Notes: generated from the sequence alone by a model not told the origin. A stretch of DNA of 13,998 nucleotides from a virus (IMGVR_UViG_2740892233_000016:1-13998), one strand, 5' to 3'. Positions 1-7,303 are shown, counted from the first letter of the stretch. Program-made: numbers and translations.

Positions 1-1242
1 ATGGCGAGAAAAACACACCCATTAACCACAGTGCAGATCAAAGCAGCCAGACCAGCGCAAAAGGAGTACACCCTGCAGGACGGCGGAGGGCTTTTTCTCC
101 TGGTCAAACCGTCTGGATCAAAACTCTGGAGATTTTCCTACTACCGACCATCGGACAAAAAAAGAATATTGCTGAGTTTTGGATCGCTTGAAGATGTTTC
201 CCTGGCTGATGCCAGAAAACGCCGTAGCGAGTACAGGACGTTAATCAGTGCCGGAACTGACCCGCAGGACCACGAGAGGCAAAAAAGAGAGACAGAGGCC
301 CGAAGACAAGGGAACACGTTCGAAAATGTGGCGGCGGCATGGTACCAGGTGAAAATCAGCCAGAATCTGGCCCCCAACACGATTAAAGACATCTGGCGTT
401 CGCTGGATAAATATGTATTCCCGTTCATCGGCAACACGCCAATAGATACCCTCACCGCCCGAAGGTTCGTTGAAGTGCTTACCCCCATCAAGGAGCGCGG
501 CAACCTGGAAACACTCAAGCGGGTTTTACAGCGCGTTAATGAGGTAATGGATTACGCCGCCAACAGTGGGCTGATTGATGCCAATCCGGCTATGAATGTG
601 CGTAAGGCGTTTCCCTCACCTGTAAAAAAACATATGCCAACAATCCGCCCCGAACAGCTGCCCGAGCTTATGCAGGCTTTATCAGTATCGGCAACAGAAC
701 GGCAGACCAGATTACTGATTGAATGGCAGTTACTGACCGTAACCCGTCCCGCCGAAGCGTCATCAACGCGGTGGGATGAAATCAACCTGGACGCGAAGCA
801 ATGGACGATACCTGCCGGACGCATGAAGATGCGCAGGGATCACGTTATCCCGCTTTCCGGTCAGGCTATGGCGGTGCTGGAGGCCATGAAACCAATCAGC
901 CACCACCGCAATTACGTTTTCCCAAGTCTGAAAGACCCACAGCAGCCGATGAACAGCCAGACAGCTAACGCAGCATTGCGGCGTATGGGATTCGCTGGCG
1001 TGCTGGTGTCTCATGGATTACGCGCCATATTCAGCACAGCAGCGAACGAGGAAGGATTCGAGCCGGACGTAATAGAGGCGGCACTTGCCCACGTCGACAC
1101 CAACGAAGTTAGACGGGCATACAACCGGAGCAACTACATAGAAAAACGCATCGTGCTGATGCGCTGGTGGGGCGAATTTGTCGAGGCTGCGGCGACGGGC
1201 GTAACCCTCGCCAGTGGTAAAAGGGGTATCCGAGCCGTGTAG
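1..1242 (+). CDS. int: Tyrosine integrase, P4-like family
   Basis: 413 aa; N-terminus ...LQDGGGLFLLVKPSGSKLWRFSYY... typical of P4-type integrase arm-binding domain; C-terminal catalytic region with ...HGLRAIFSTAA... and ...AHVDTNEVRRAYNRSNY... (catalytic Tyr region). Stop TAG at 1240..1242. Confidence 0.93.
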   Translation: MARKTHPLTTVQIKAARPAQKEYTLQDGGGLFLLVKPSGSKLWRFSYYRPSDKKRILLSFGSLEDVSLADARKRRSEYRTLISAGTDPQDHERQKRETEARRQGNTFENVAAAWYQVKISQNLAPNTIKDIWRSLDKYVFPFIGNTPIDTLTARRFVEVLTPIKERGNLETLKRVLQRVNEVMDYAANSGLIDANPAMNVRKAFPSPVKKHMPTIRPEQLPELMQALSVSATERQTRLLIEWQLLTVTRPAEASSTRWDEINLDAKQWTIPAGRMKMRRDHVIPLSGQAMAVLEAMKPISHHRNYVFPSLKDPQQPMNSQTANAALRRMGFAGVLVSHGLRAIFSTAANEEGFEPDVIEAALAHVDTNEVRRAYNRSNYIEKRIVLMRWWGEFVEAAATGVTLASGKRGIRAV

Positions 1243-1319
1243 CTGTACAGAAAACCAGTAAAAACTACGAAAACCATGTAAAACCGTCGTATAATTGCAT
1301 CAAATTTAACGACAAGGCC

Positions 1320-1571
1320 GTGAAACATGAAACCGTTAAGATGCAAAAAAATATCAGATGCAATTGCGACGGGCTGCAACTGGCCCTGATGGTTCAGCAT
1401 GAATTTTGGTCAACCTACGATCCGGAGGACAGAACGACGGCCCCATCAAAAAAACAGGTAGTAGATTTTCTGGTATCCCGTGGCGCTTCCAGAAATCTGG
1501 CGGTAAGTATTGATAAGGTCGTACGTCCGGCATCTATGAAGATCGGAGGCAGGCCCAAAAAATGGCGGTAA
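1320..1571 (+). CDS. Hypothetical protein (83 aa)
   Basis: ORF between int and alpA, immediately followed by a clean intrinsic terminator; no recognisable family; weak RBS (AAGG). Confidence 0.35.
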   Translation: MKHETVKMQKNIRCNCDGLQLALMVQHEFWSTYDPEDRTTAPSKKQVVDFLVSRGASRNLAVSIDKVVRPASMKIGGRPKKWR

Positions 1572-1582
1572 CAATCCTGGAA

Positions 1583-1605
1583 GCGGCAGAAATGCCGCTT
1601 TTTTT
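1583..1605 (+). terminator. Rho-independent terminator
   Basis: GCGGCA-GAAA-TGCCGC hairpin followed by T7 run. Confidence 0.6.
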
Positions 1606-1634
1606 ATAATTCCATTTCAAATCATCAATATAAA

Positions 1635-1672
1635 AAACGGTGTATACCGTTTAAAAACGGTGGGAACTGTTT
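1635..1672. promoter_or_regulatory. Cluster of AAACGGT/ACCGTTT half-site repeats upstream of alpA (putative operator)
   Basis: AAACGGT(1635..1641), ACCGTTT(1646..1652), AAACGGT(1655..1661), ACTGTTT(1666..1672) forming overlapping inverted repeats about 70-100 bp upstream of the alpA start. Confidence 0.3.
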
Positions 1673-1738
1673 TTACCCATATCCGATGATTTACCGTATT
1701 TGTCACCGGAATACACCGGATTCACAAGGTAAATCACG

Positions 1739-1945
1739 ATGGAAGCAATCAGAAAAATTATCTTTCGCCAGGAAGTAAAAAAAATTATCCACATCAAGGC
1801 AGACAGCACGCTGCAAAGCATGATCAACGCCGGAGAATTTCCGCAGGGTTTTCGCGTTGGTTTACGCCGTCGCGGATGGTATGAGGATGATGTGTTGTCC
1901 TGGCAGAAAGAACGCGAAGAGGAAGCACGCGGAACGGCTGCTTAA
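1739..1945 (+). CDS. alpA: AlpA-family (prophage CP4-57-type) transcriptional regulator
   Basis: 68 aa; ...STLQSMINAGEFPQGFRVGLRRRGWYEDDVLSWQ... matches the AlpA helix-turn-helix signature (..AGEFP.P.K.G.R...W...V..W). Confidence 0.85.
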   Translation: MEAIRKIIFRQEVKKIIHIKADSTLQSMINAGEFPQGFRVGLRRRGWYEDDVLSWQKEREEEARGTAA

Positions 1946-2093
1946 CGGGTATCACAGATATGACAAACACGAAAAAAGCGGCCCCGATATGGAGCCGCCT
2001 TTCTGAACAATTAACCCGCTGCGCCTTATGTGTATGTGATCCCAAACATAAGCACGGGGATGATAGCCGCTATCAGGCTGGTGGGCAATGCAA

Positions 2094-2282
2094 TCAGTCT
2101 GGTTCAGTTCGTTGCCATACCTGCAATGAGCGCTTTTCCCTGTACTCTTTAAGGAATTGCTCAAGGGCAAAAGCACATGGCGCGAATCTTTCTGATTCAT
2201 GCTCTATCTTTCTGCGCCGTCTTTTCCGTGCCGGTGATAATGTTTTGGTCAATTCTTTATCGGTCATTGTGTTGTCCTGCAT
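2094..2282 (-). CDS. Hypothetical small basic protein (62 aa; alternative start at 2267 gives 57 aa with AGGA RBS)
   Basis: Minus-strand ORF downstream of Arc-like gene 1; contains RKRRRRK basic stretch; antisense frame on + strand is open (typical of real coding DNA). Confidence 0.4.
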   Translation of the reverse strand: MQDNTMTDKELTKTLSPARKRRRRKIEHESERFAPCAFALEQFLKEYREKRSLQVWQRTEPD

Positions 2283-2324
2283 AGCAATGCGCCGTAATAC
2301 CTCACACCACGGCGCTGATAGTTT

Positions 2325-2498
2325 TTATCCTTTGGGTTCTATGCCGCGTTGCTGTAATTCTTTGCGGAGAACGCGTTTAATCCAAGTGGCTAAAGATGTG
2401 TCGCCATCGGCCTTAGCTGCTTCTTCTAGCTGCGCTCTGAAGTCTTCCGGTAATCGCATTTGGTATGGAGGCGAACGTTTTTCTAATGGTGTTGACAT
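2325..2498 (-). CDS. Arc-like ribbon-helix-helix repressor (57 aa), module 1
   Basis: Not in the ORF track (<60 aa). Translation MSTPLEKRSPPYQMRLPEDFRAQLEEAAKADGDTSLATWIKRVLRKELQQRGIEPKG has the RHH pattern (beta strand ..MRLPEDF.. then two helices). RBS GAAGGG 8 nt upstream; start codon overlaps the divergent promoter/operator. Confidence 0.7.
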   Translation of the reverse strand: MSTPLEKRSPPYQMRLPEDFRAQLEEAAKADGDTSLATWIKRVLRKELQQRGIEPKG

Positions 2499-2538
2499 GG
2501 TAATTACCCTTCATTACTATACCTACATGGTAATTACC
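2492..2538 (+). promoter_or_regulatory. Rightward sigma70-like promoter (TTGACA-N17-TACTAT) with two copies of palindromic operator GGTAATTACC
   Basis: TTGACA 2492..2497, TACTAT 2515..2520; 14-mer ACATGGTAATTACC at 2495..2508 and 2525..2538 (palindrome cores 2499..2508 and 2529..2538, exactly 30 bp apart), overlapping spacer and +1. Confidence 0.55.
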
Positions 2539-2628
2539 ATTGTACTTGCCATTACACAAAAATCAACGCCCCGCAGTGCTGGGAACACATACGGGGCGTC
2601 TAACCAACAACGTAAACTAGGAGCCGTT

Positions 2629-3189
2629 ATGGTTGCCGTAAATCATATACCACACCTTGTACACACACAAACGGCCTTTGTGTGGCGTTTTCTGGCCCTG
2701 AATATCGGAGAAAAAAACCAGTTGATCGCCAGTGTCGAAAATAGCTATGATTCCCGCGCACCTCATAAAACGGGTGCCGGGATTGGCGTCCTGGGCAAAA
2801 CTGAAGCGCATAACACGCGCCCCGCGTGTTTTTTTGTGCCGCATAGTCACACCTTATCAATGGTGGGCTGTACGGGGGCGGAGCAATCCGCGCCGGTTTC
2901 TTCAGTGTCCGGTTACGCCAACCCTGTACAGTCCGCCACCAGCGAAATTGGCGTTTCCGGTGGCGGTTATCTTAACCACACTGAGGAGGCTGCCAACATG
3001 GCTACTATCCCTACCCTTGTACATTCTCAAACCGCCTTTCTCTGGCGCTTTATCATCTTTGGCGCGTCAGAACATCAAATCATCCACGTAACCGCCTGGA
3101 CGGAACGCGAAGCGCGTAGCCGTTGCCCGTCCGGTTGTGTTGCTGTATTCGCCGCCCGTATTCGTCAGGAGGTGTGCCATGTGCAATAA
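2629..3189 (+). CDS. Early-operon protein with internal tandem repeat of a small domain ending ...FAARIRQEVCHVQ (possibly Icd-like family; unverified)
   Basis: 186 aa from ATG 2629 with strong RBS AGGAG (2619..2623); two internal copies of motif ...LVH(T/S)QTAF(V/L)WRF(L/I)... ; the ORF-track 409-aa ORF is an upstream run-through of this frame. Confidence 0.6.
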   Translation: MVAVNHIPHLVHTQTAFVWRFLALNIGEKNQLIASVENSYDSRAPHKTGAGIGVLGKTEAHNTRPACFFVPHSHTLSMVGCTGAEQSAPVSSVSGYANPVQSATSEIGVSGGGYLNHTEEAANMATIPTLVHSQTAFLWRFIIFGASEHQIIHVTAWTEREARSRCPSGCVAVFAARIRQEVCHVQ

Positions 3190-3400
3190 AACCACACCGG
3201 ACGCAGCAGCCGCCGCGCTCACTACGCTGATGCACGCGCTTATCGATATTGAATGCACTGCAGAGCTTGCGCAGGGAGAAGAACAGAAAGACCGGACACA
3301 GTTCGCCCTGGAATGTATCCGATACATCGCAACGCGGTCGCTGAATGACGCTAAAAATATTCTTGTTGCTGATTGTGAAAATGGGGGGGGTTATGCGTGA
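3179..3400 (+). CDS. Hypothetical protein, N-terminal half of module-1 gene 2 (split relative to module-2 homolog)
   Basis: ATG 3179 overlaps stop of upstream gene (ATGTGCAATAA), RBS AGGAGG; homolog of N-terminal half of 4481..4945; terminated just after a G8 tract (3383..3390). Confidence 0.5.
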   Translation: MCNKTTPDAAAAALTTLMHALIDIECTAELAQGEEQKDRTQFALECIRYIATRSLNDAKNILVADCENGGGYA

Positions 3401-3614
3401 TGATCGTTTTAATTCCCTGAAACAAGAATTTTCCGGCGTTCCTGATGATGCGGCTGATGCGCTTTCGTCAATATCTGAAATTATGCGGGTGGCTTTTTTC
3501 TTTCTTTGCACTGATGAGCACAGAGATACAGGGCTAAATATTCTTGATATTGCCGCTAACTATGCTGATTTCGTGACAGAAGCTGTTTTAAGAAAAACAA
3601 CGGACGGGGATTAA
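3393..3614 (+). CDS. Hypothetical protein, C-terminal half of module-1 gene 2 (MRDDRFNSLKQEFSGVPDD...)
   Basis: Starts at ATG 3393 with the G8 tract acting as Shine-Dalgarno; near-identical at nucleotide level to 4713..4800 of the module-2 fused gene. Confidence 0.5.
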   Translation: MRDDRFNSLKQEFSGVPDDAADALSSISEIMRVAFFFLCTDEHRDTGLNILDIAANYADFVTEAVLRKTTDGD

Positions 3615-3615
3615 T

Positions 3616-3849
3616 ATGCGTGATATTTACCACGAAACAATAGACCGCGCATTTAGTGCCCTTGCTTACGCTGAAGGTATGTACGAAATATTGCGCATAT
3701 GGCTTGAAACACTTGGCGACAATGAACGCGACAAACAAAAATCAAGAATTGCCACGGCATTAATAACGCTTCTTGATCCTGTAATAATGGAACTGCAAGA
3801 AATAGATCTATTGCACGACAGATATAACGAACAGCACACCGGAGAATAA
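3616..3849 (+). CDS. Hypothetical protein (77 aa), module 1
   Basis: MRDIYHETIDRAF...; paralog of 4938..5171 (about 85 percent aa identity); start overlaps the preceding stop (TAATATG). Confidence 0.6.
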   Translation: MRDIYHETIDRAFSALAYAEGMYEILRIWLETLGDNERDKQKSRIATALITLLDPVIMELQEIDLLHDRYNEQHTGE

Positions 3850-3873
3850 AAATAATGAAACTTAAATATTCTG

Positions 3874-3883
3874 NNNNNNNNNN
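3874..3883. other. Run of 10 N (gap or masked bases) at junction between module 1 and module 2
   Basis: Directly seen; truncates a gene start MKLKYS... (ATG 3855) that is the paralog of 5177..5476. Confidence 0.9.
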
Positions 3884-3905
3884 TACACCACGGCGCTGAT
3901 GGTGA

Positions 3906-4085
3906 TTACTCTGGTTCTTTGGCCTTGCGCCGCTGGCGATATTCAACTTCTCGTTTTAATGCTGCAGTAACAAATTGCCCCGTACTTTCGCCAGGCATTT
4001 TTACCGCCTCAACATTGTTCATAACTTCATGCGGAACCCTTGCCGCAACGGTTTGTGATTTTGCGTTTACTGCTTTTGTCGCCAT
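3906..4085 (-). CDS. Arc-like ribbon-helix-helix repressor (59 aa), module 2
   Basis: Not in the ORF track (<60 aa). Translation MATKAVNAKSQTVAARVPHEVMNNVEAVKMPGESTGQFVTAALKREVEYRQRRKAKEPE; RBS GAGGGG 8 nt upstream; divergent from the module-2 promoter. Confidence 0.65.
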   Translation of the reverse strand: MATKAVNAKSQTVAARVPHEVMNNVEAVKMPGESTGQFVTAALKREVEYRQRRKAKEPE

Positions 4086-4135
4086 GTGGTGTACCCCTCA
4101 TAAAAAACAAATGCAGTATGCAGGAAAAAAAATAA

Positions 4136-4187
4136 GTGTTCAACACTTGACGTGTTTAACACCTGGGTTTAAATTGGTGTTCAACAC
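4136..4187 (+). promoter_or_regulatory. Rightward promoter (TTGACG-N17-TAAATT) with three copies of near-palindromic operator GTGTT(C/T)AACAC
   Basis: Sites at 4136..4146, 4152..4162, 4177..4187; -35 TTGACG 4147..4152, -10 TAAATT 4170..4175. Confidence 0.5.
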
Positions 4188-4284
4188 CTTGTTGGCGCAA
4201 GGTGCAGAAACGACGAAACCCGGCAGTGCGCTAACACTAACCGGGCTTCTAACCACCAACGATAGCGAAAGTATCGAGGTAGCT

Positions 4285-4491
4285 ATGAGAAATCATACCA
4301 CACACCCGCAAGGGCGGGACTCGCACAACCTGAATAAATACATCTGGCGTTTTATCGCCCTGAGCACGGCACAACCGCGCGTGATTACCATTGAGGCCAC
4401 CAGCGAACAGGAAGCACGCCAGCAATCTCCGGCTGGCTGCGTGATGGTATTCGCTGCCCGTATTCGTCAGGAGGTGTGCCATGTGCAATAA
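4285..4491 (+). CDS. Small protein ending ...FAARIRQEVCHVQ (single-domain paralog of 2629..3189; possibly Icd-like)
   Basis: 68 aa from ATG 4285 (RBS GAGG); C-terminal 25 aa nearly identical to C-terminus of 2629..3189; the ORF-track 190-aa ORF is an upstream run-through crossing the promoter. Confidence 0.55.
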   Translation: MRNHTTHPQGRDSHNLNKYIWRFIALSTAQPRVITIEATSEQEARQQSPAGCVMVFAARIRQEVCHVQ

Positions 4492-4945
4492 CATCCGTCC
4501 GGACGCAGCCGCCGAAGCCATCATAACGCTAATGCACGCGCTGATTGATATTTCTGTTATCGCAGACATGGCGCATAAGCACGCCACCAGTGAAACAGAA
4601 TATGCCGGGGCTTTCGTTCCTCATTCGCTGGCGGTTATGCAACTTAGTGCGGATATGGCGCTGAATGAGGCCAAAGCCATCCTGATTGCTGATTGTGAAA
4701 ATGGGGGGGTTATGCGTGATGATCGTTTTAATTCCCTGAAACAGGAATTTTCCGGCGTTCCTGATGATGCGGCTGATGCGCTTTCGTCAATGCCAGAACT
4801 TATTAGAGCGGCTTTTTTCTTACTTTCCACGAGAGAATATAAATCAACGGGGCTTGATGTACTGAATATCGCCGCCGATTATGCGGAATATGTGGCAGAG
4901 GCGCGTTATAGAAGAAAATTTCCTGAGGATGTAAGCCATGCGTGA
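4481..4945 (+). CDS. Hypothetical protein (154 aa), module-2 gene 2 (fused form)
   Basis: ATG overlapping upstream stop, RBS AGGAGG; reads through a G7 tract (4703..4709) where module 1 has G8. Confidence 0.6.
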   Translation: MCNNIRPDAAAEAIITLMHALIDISVIADMAHKHATSETEYAGAFVPHSLAVMQLSADMALNEAKAILIADCENGGVMRDDRFNSLKQEFSGVPDDAADALSSMPELIRAAFFLLSTREYKSTGLDVLNIAADYAEYVAEARYRRKFPEDVSHA

Positions 4946-5171
4946 TATTTACCACCAAACAATAGACCGCGCATTTCTTGCACTTTCTCACAGTGAAAAC
5001 ATGCTGGAAATATTGCGCATATGGCTTGAAACACTTGGCGACAATGAACGCGACAAACAAAAATCAAGAATTGTCACGGCATTAATAACGCTTCTTGAGC
5101 CTGTAATAAATGAGTTGCAGGAAATAGAGACATTGCACGACAGATATAACGAACAGCACACCGGAGAATAA
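4938..5171 (+). CDS. Hypothetical protein (77 aa), module 2
   Basis: MRDIYHQTIDRAF...; overlapping start/stop with the upstream gene. Confidence 0.6.
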   Translation: MRDIYHQTIDRAFLALSHSENMLEILRIWLETLGDNERDKQKSRIVTALITLLEPVINELQEIETLHDRYNEQHTGE

Positions 5172-5176
5172 AAATA

Positions 5177-5476
5177 ATGAAACTTAAATATTCTGGCTTA
5201 ACTGCCAGTGGCAACACTCACCCTAAATTTACGCGCGGTGATATTTACCGCGACCAGTACGGCGGCACGGTAATGATTAAGGGCGTGGCGGGACGGTGCG
5301 TAACTTACCGCCGTGAAGGTTACGAATATGATTGCGTGATGCCTGTTTATCAGTTCCGGCGTGATTTTTCTCTGGTACAGACCGCGCCGCATAACGTGCC
5401 CACCAGCAACGCCAGGGCACGGGCAAACATCCAGAAGCTGAAAACCATGATTAACGGATTCAGGGGCAAGAAATGA
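5177..5476 (+). CDS. Hypothetical protein (99 aa), translationally coupled to the rep-like gene
   Basis: Stop overlaps the rep start (ATGA at 5473..5476); the first 6 codons are duplicated at 3855..3873. Confidence 0.55.
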   Translation: MKLKYSGLTASGNTHPKFTRGDIYRDQYGGTVMIKGVAGRCVTYRREGYEYDCVMPVYQFRRDFSLVQTAPHNVPTSNARARANIQKLKTMINGFRGKK

Positions 5477-6873
5477 AAAGCGCACCGAACTTAAAAAAAC
5501 AGCCTTACGACAAGATGACCGAAGTCATTATTTTTGCGGGTAGTGATGCCTGGGCACATGCGAAACAGTGGCAGGAACAGGACGGGCGACTGGCTGGCGA
5601 TAATGTGCCTCCCGTTGTGCTGGCTGATGATCAACTGGATGAACTGGCAGACCTGAGAATCATCGACGAGGGGCGCTATTGTGTCCGGCTGTACAAGGCA
5701 GGCCACATCAGGCCATCAAATATTAATGCCATTGCGCACAAGCTGGCGGCGGCGGGTGTAACTGATGCGAATTATTACCCCGAAGGGATGCACAGCCATA
5801 TGCGGGAGAACTGGCGCGAATACCTGGAACGGGTGCGCGGGAAAGAGCCGGCGGAAGAAAAAAACCACCAGCGAAAAACCACGCTACCGATGAGCGTTGG
5901 ATCTACCGGATACGACACGCAACTGGATTACGTGGTTAAGGGGATTATTCCGGCGGTATCGCTATGCAGCATATACGGGGCTAGCGGGTCCTATAAATCA
6001 TTCCTTGCCGGATCGTGGGCGTGCCATGTTGCCACTGGTCGCCAGTGGGGAGGCCGCAGGGTTGCACATGGTGCGGTTCTCTATGTGGTTGGTGAAGGCG
6101 GTATAGGTGTTCCGCGTCGTGTAAAAGCCTGGGAGGTTGTGCACGATGAGCAGGTGAAAAATCTGTATCTGGTAAACCGCCCCATCTTTCCGGCTGCCCC
6201 GCTTGATGTTGATGAAATGGTTATCGCTGCCCGTCAGGTGGAGCGGGAAACGGGTAAACCTGTACGCATGATTATTCTGGATACGCTGGCGCGTTGCTTT
6301 GGTGGGAATGATGAAAATGATTCCCGTGATATGGGGGCGTTTATCCGTGGTTGTGACGAACTGAAACGACGCACAGGGGCCACGGTGCTGGTGGTTCACC
6401 ATTCCGGCAAGGATGAGACGAAAGGCGCGCGCGGTTCCAGTGCATTTCGTGCTTCGCTGGATGCTGAATACCGGATACGCAGGGAGGACGCAGGAAGCGA
6501 AGCGCTGGTTATCTCATGCACCAAAATGAAGGACGCGGAGGAACTCAAAGAAGCCGCATATGACTTACGCGTGGTGGAGCTTTTTACCGACGCTGACGGT
6601 GAATTAATCACGTCGCTGGTGGTGGTGGATGATCCGCGCCCTCCTGTTGAACTGGAGCGCATCGAGGAGGCAGGGAACAAGACGGAAAACCATACCGCGC
6701 TATGGGGGTGCATCCGTTCACGCACACAGAACGGCGACAAGTGCACGATCCCGCTGTTACGTGATGACATGAAAAAGCTGGGGTATGAAATGAAAAACTT
6801 CCGGCGCTGGCTGTACAAGCTGGAAAAAGATGGGGTTATTCGTATCGATGGGGATGATGTAGCGCCGCTATAA
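5473..6873 (+). CDS. RepA-like AAA ATPase / replicative helicase of the satellite (AAA_25-type)
   Basis: 466 aa; Walker A-like GASGSYKS, Walker B-like ...RMIILDTLARCF..., ...VLVVHHSGKD... motif typical of RepA/DnaB-like RecA-fold helicases; iterons begin at its stop codon. Confidence 0.8.
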   Translation: MKSAPNLKKQPYDKMTEVIIFAGSDAWAHAKQWQEQDGRLAGDNVPPVVLADDQLDELADLRIIDEGRYCVRLYKAGHIRPSNINAIAHKLAAAGVTDANYYPEGMHSHMRENWREYLERVRGKEPAEEKNHQRKTTLPMSVGSTGYDTQLDYVVKGIIPAVSLCSIYGASGSYKSFLAGSWACHVATGRQWGGRRVAHGAVLYVVGEGGIGVPRRVKAWEVVHDEQVKNLYLVNRPIFPAAPLDVDEMVIAARQVERETGKPVRMIILDTLARCFGGNDENDSRDMGAFIRGCDELKRRTGATVLVVHHSGKDETKGARGSSAFRASLDAEYRIRREDAGSEALVISCTKMKDAEELKEAAYDLRVVELFTDADGELITSLVVVDDPRPPVELERIEEAGNKTENHTALWGCIRSRTQNGDKCTIPLLRDDMKKLGYEMKNFRRWLYKLEKDGVIRIDGDDVAPL

Positions 6874-7063
6874 AAGTGAGGAGCAAAAGCGAGGGGGATA
6901 GAAAGAGGGCCAAAATTAGCCCGCTCTCCCTCACTTTTCGACCTGTATACATCCTCAAAAGTGAGGGGTAAAAAAATACTTATGAAACACACACATAGAA
7001 AAACCGAAAATCCCAACTGCGACGAAGTGAGACGCTTGAAAAAGTGAGGCGAAAAAGTGAGAG
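6873..7063. repeat. Iteron array AAAGTGAG(G/A) (putative replication origin)
   Basis: Direct copies at 6873, 6958, 7042, 7055 (plus GAAGTGAGA 7024 and degenerate AAAGCGAGG 6885, AAAGAGGG 6902) and one inverted copy CCTCACTTT 6929..6937; AT-rich stretch 6968..7010 between them. Confidence 0.6.
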
Positions 7064-7073
7064 GTTGCGAGAA

Positions 7074-7293
7074 ATGACCCAAAAACGCAGAGACAGAACA
7101 GAGCCAAAATATAAAGCGTTAGACATGACTGAGCACACCTTAAAGGTGGCAATCAGAACGATAGACCGCCACACGCGGGAAGGATACGCGAAGGAACATC
7201 CCGACCTGATAAGCGCATTCATGACCACGGCGGCGGCAAACTTTGCCACGCTGACAGAACGGGAGATTGCCGAAGCGGAACAGGTAACAACCA
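7074..7293 (+). CDS. Hypothetical protein, 3' end obscured by N run
   Basis: ORF from ATG 7074 (MTQKRRDRTEPKYKALDMTEHTLK...) running into the N run at 7294..7303; true stop unknown. Confidence 0.35.
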
Positions 7294-7303
7294 NNNNNNN
7301 NNN
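7294..7303. other. Run of 10 N (gap or masked bases)
   Basis: Directly seen. Confidence 0.9.

Noticed and set aside
1960-3189. 409-aa + strand ORF from the six-frame track
   Set aside because: Only the last 186 codons (from ATG 2629 with a strong AGGAG RBS) look like a gene. The upstream part crosses the divergent promoter/operators and lies antisense to two minus-strand genes; its translation is Cys/Ser/Arg-rich with no domain-like pattern. It is an antisense open frame, not an N-terminal extension.
3080-3511. 143-aa minus-strand ORF (also 4249..4587 and 4621..4830 minus)
   Set aside because: Antisense to module genes that are supported by RBSs, overlapping start/stop coupling and paralogy; no independent support.
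3919-4491. 190-aa + strand ORF
   Set aside because: The upstream portion lies antisense to Arc-like gene 2 and crosses the module-2 promoter; the supported gene is the 68-aa paralog starting at ATG 4285.
6396-7082. 228-aa minus-strand ORF overlapping the rep gene and iterons
   Set aside because: Antisense to the well-supported RepA-like gene; translation is low-complexity Ser-rich; no RBS context.
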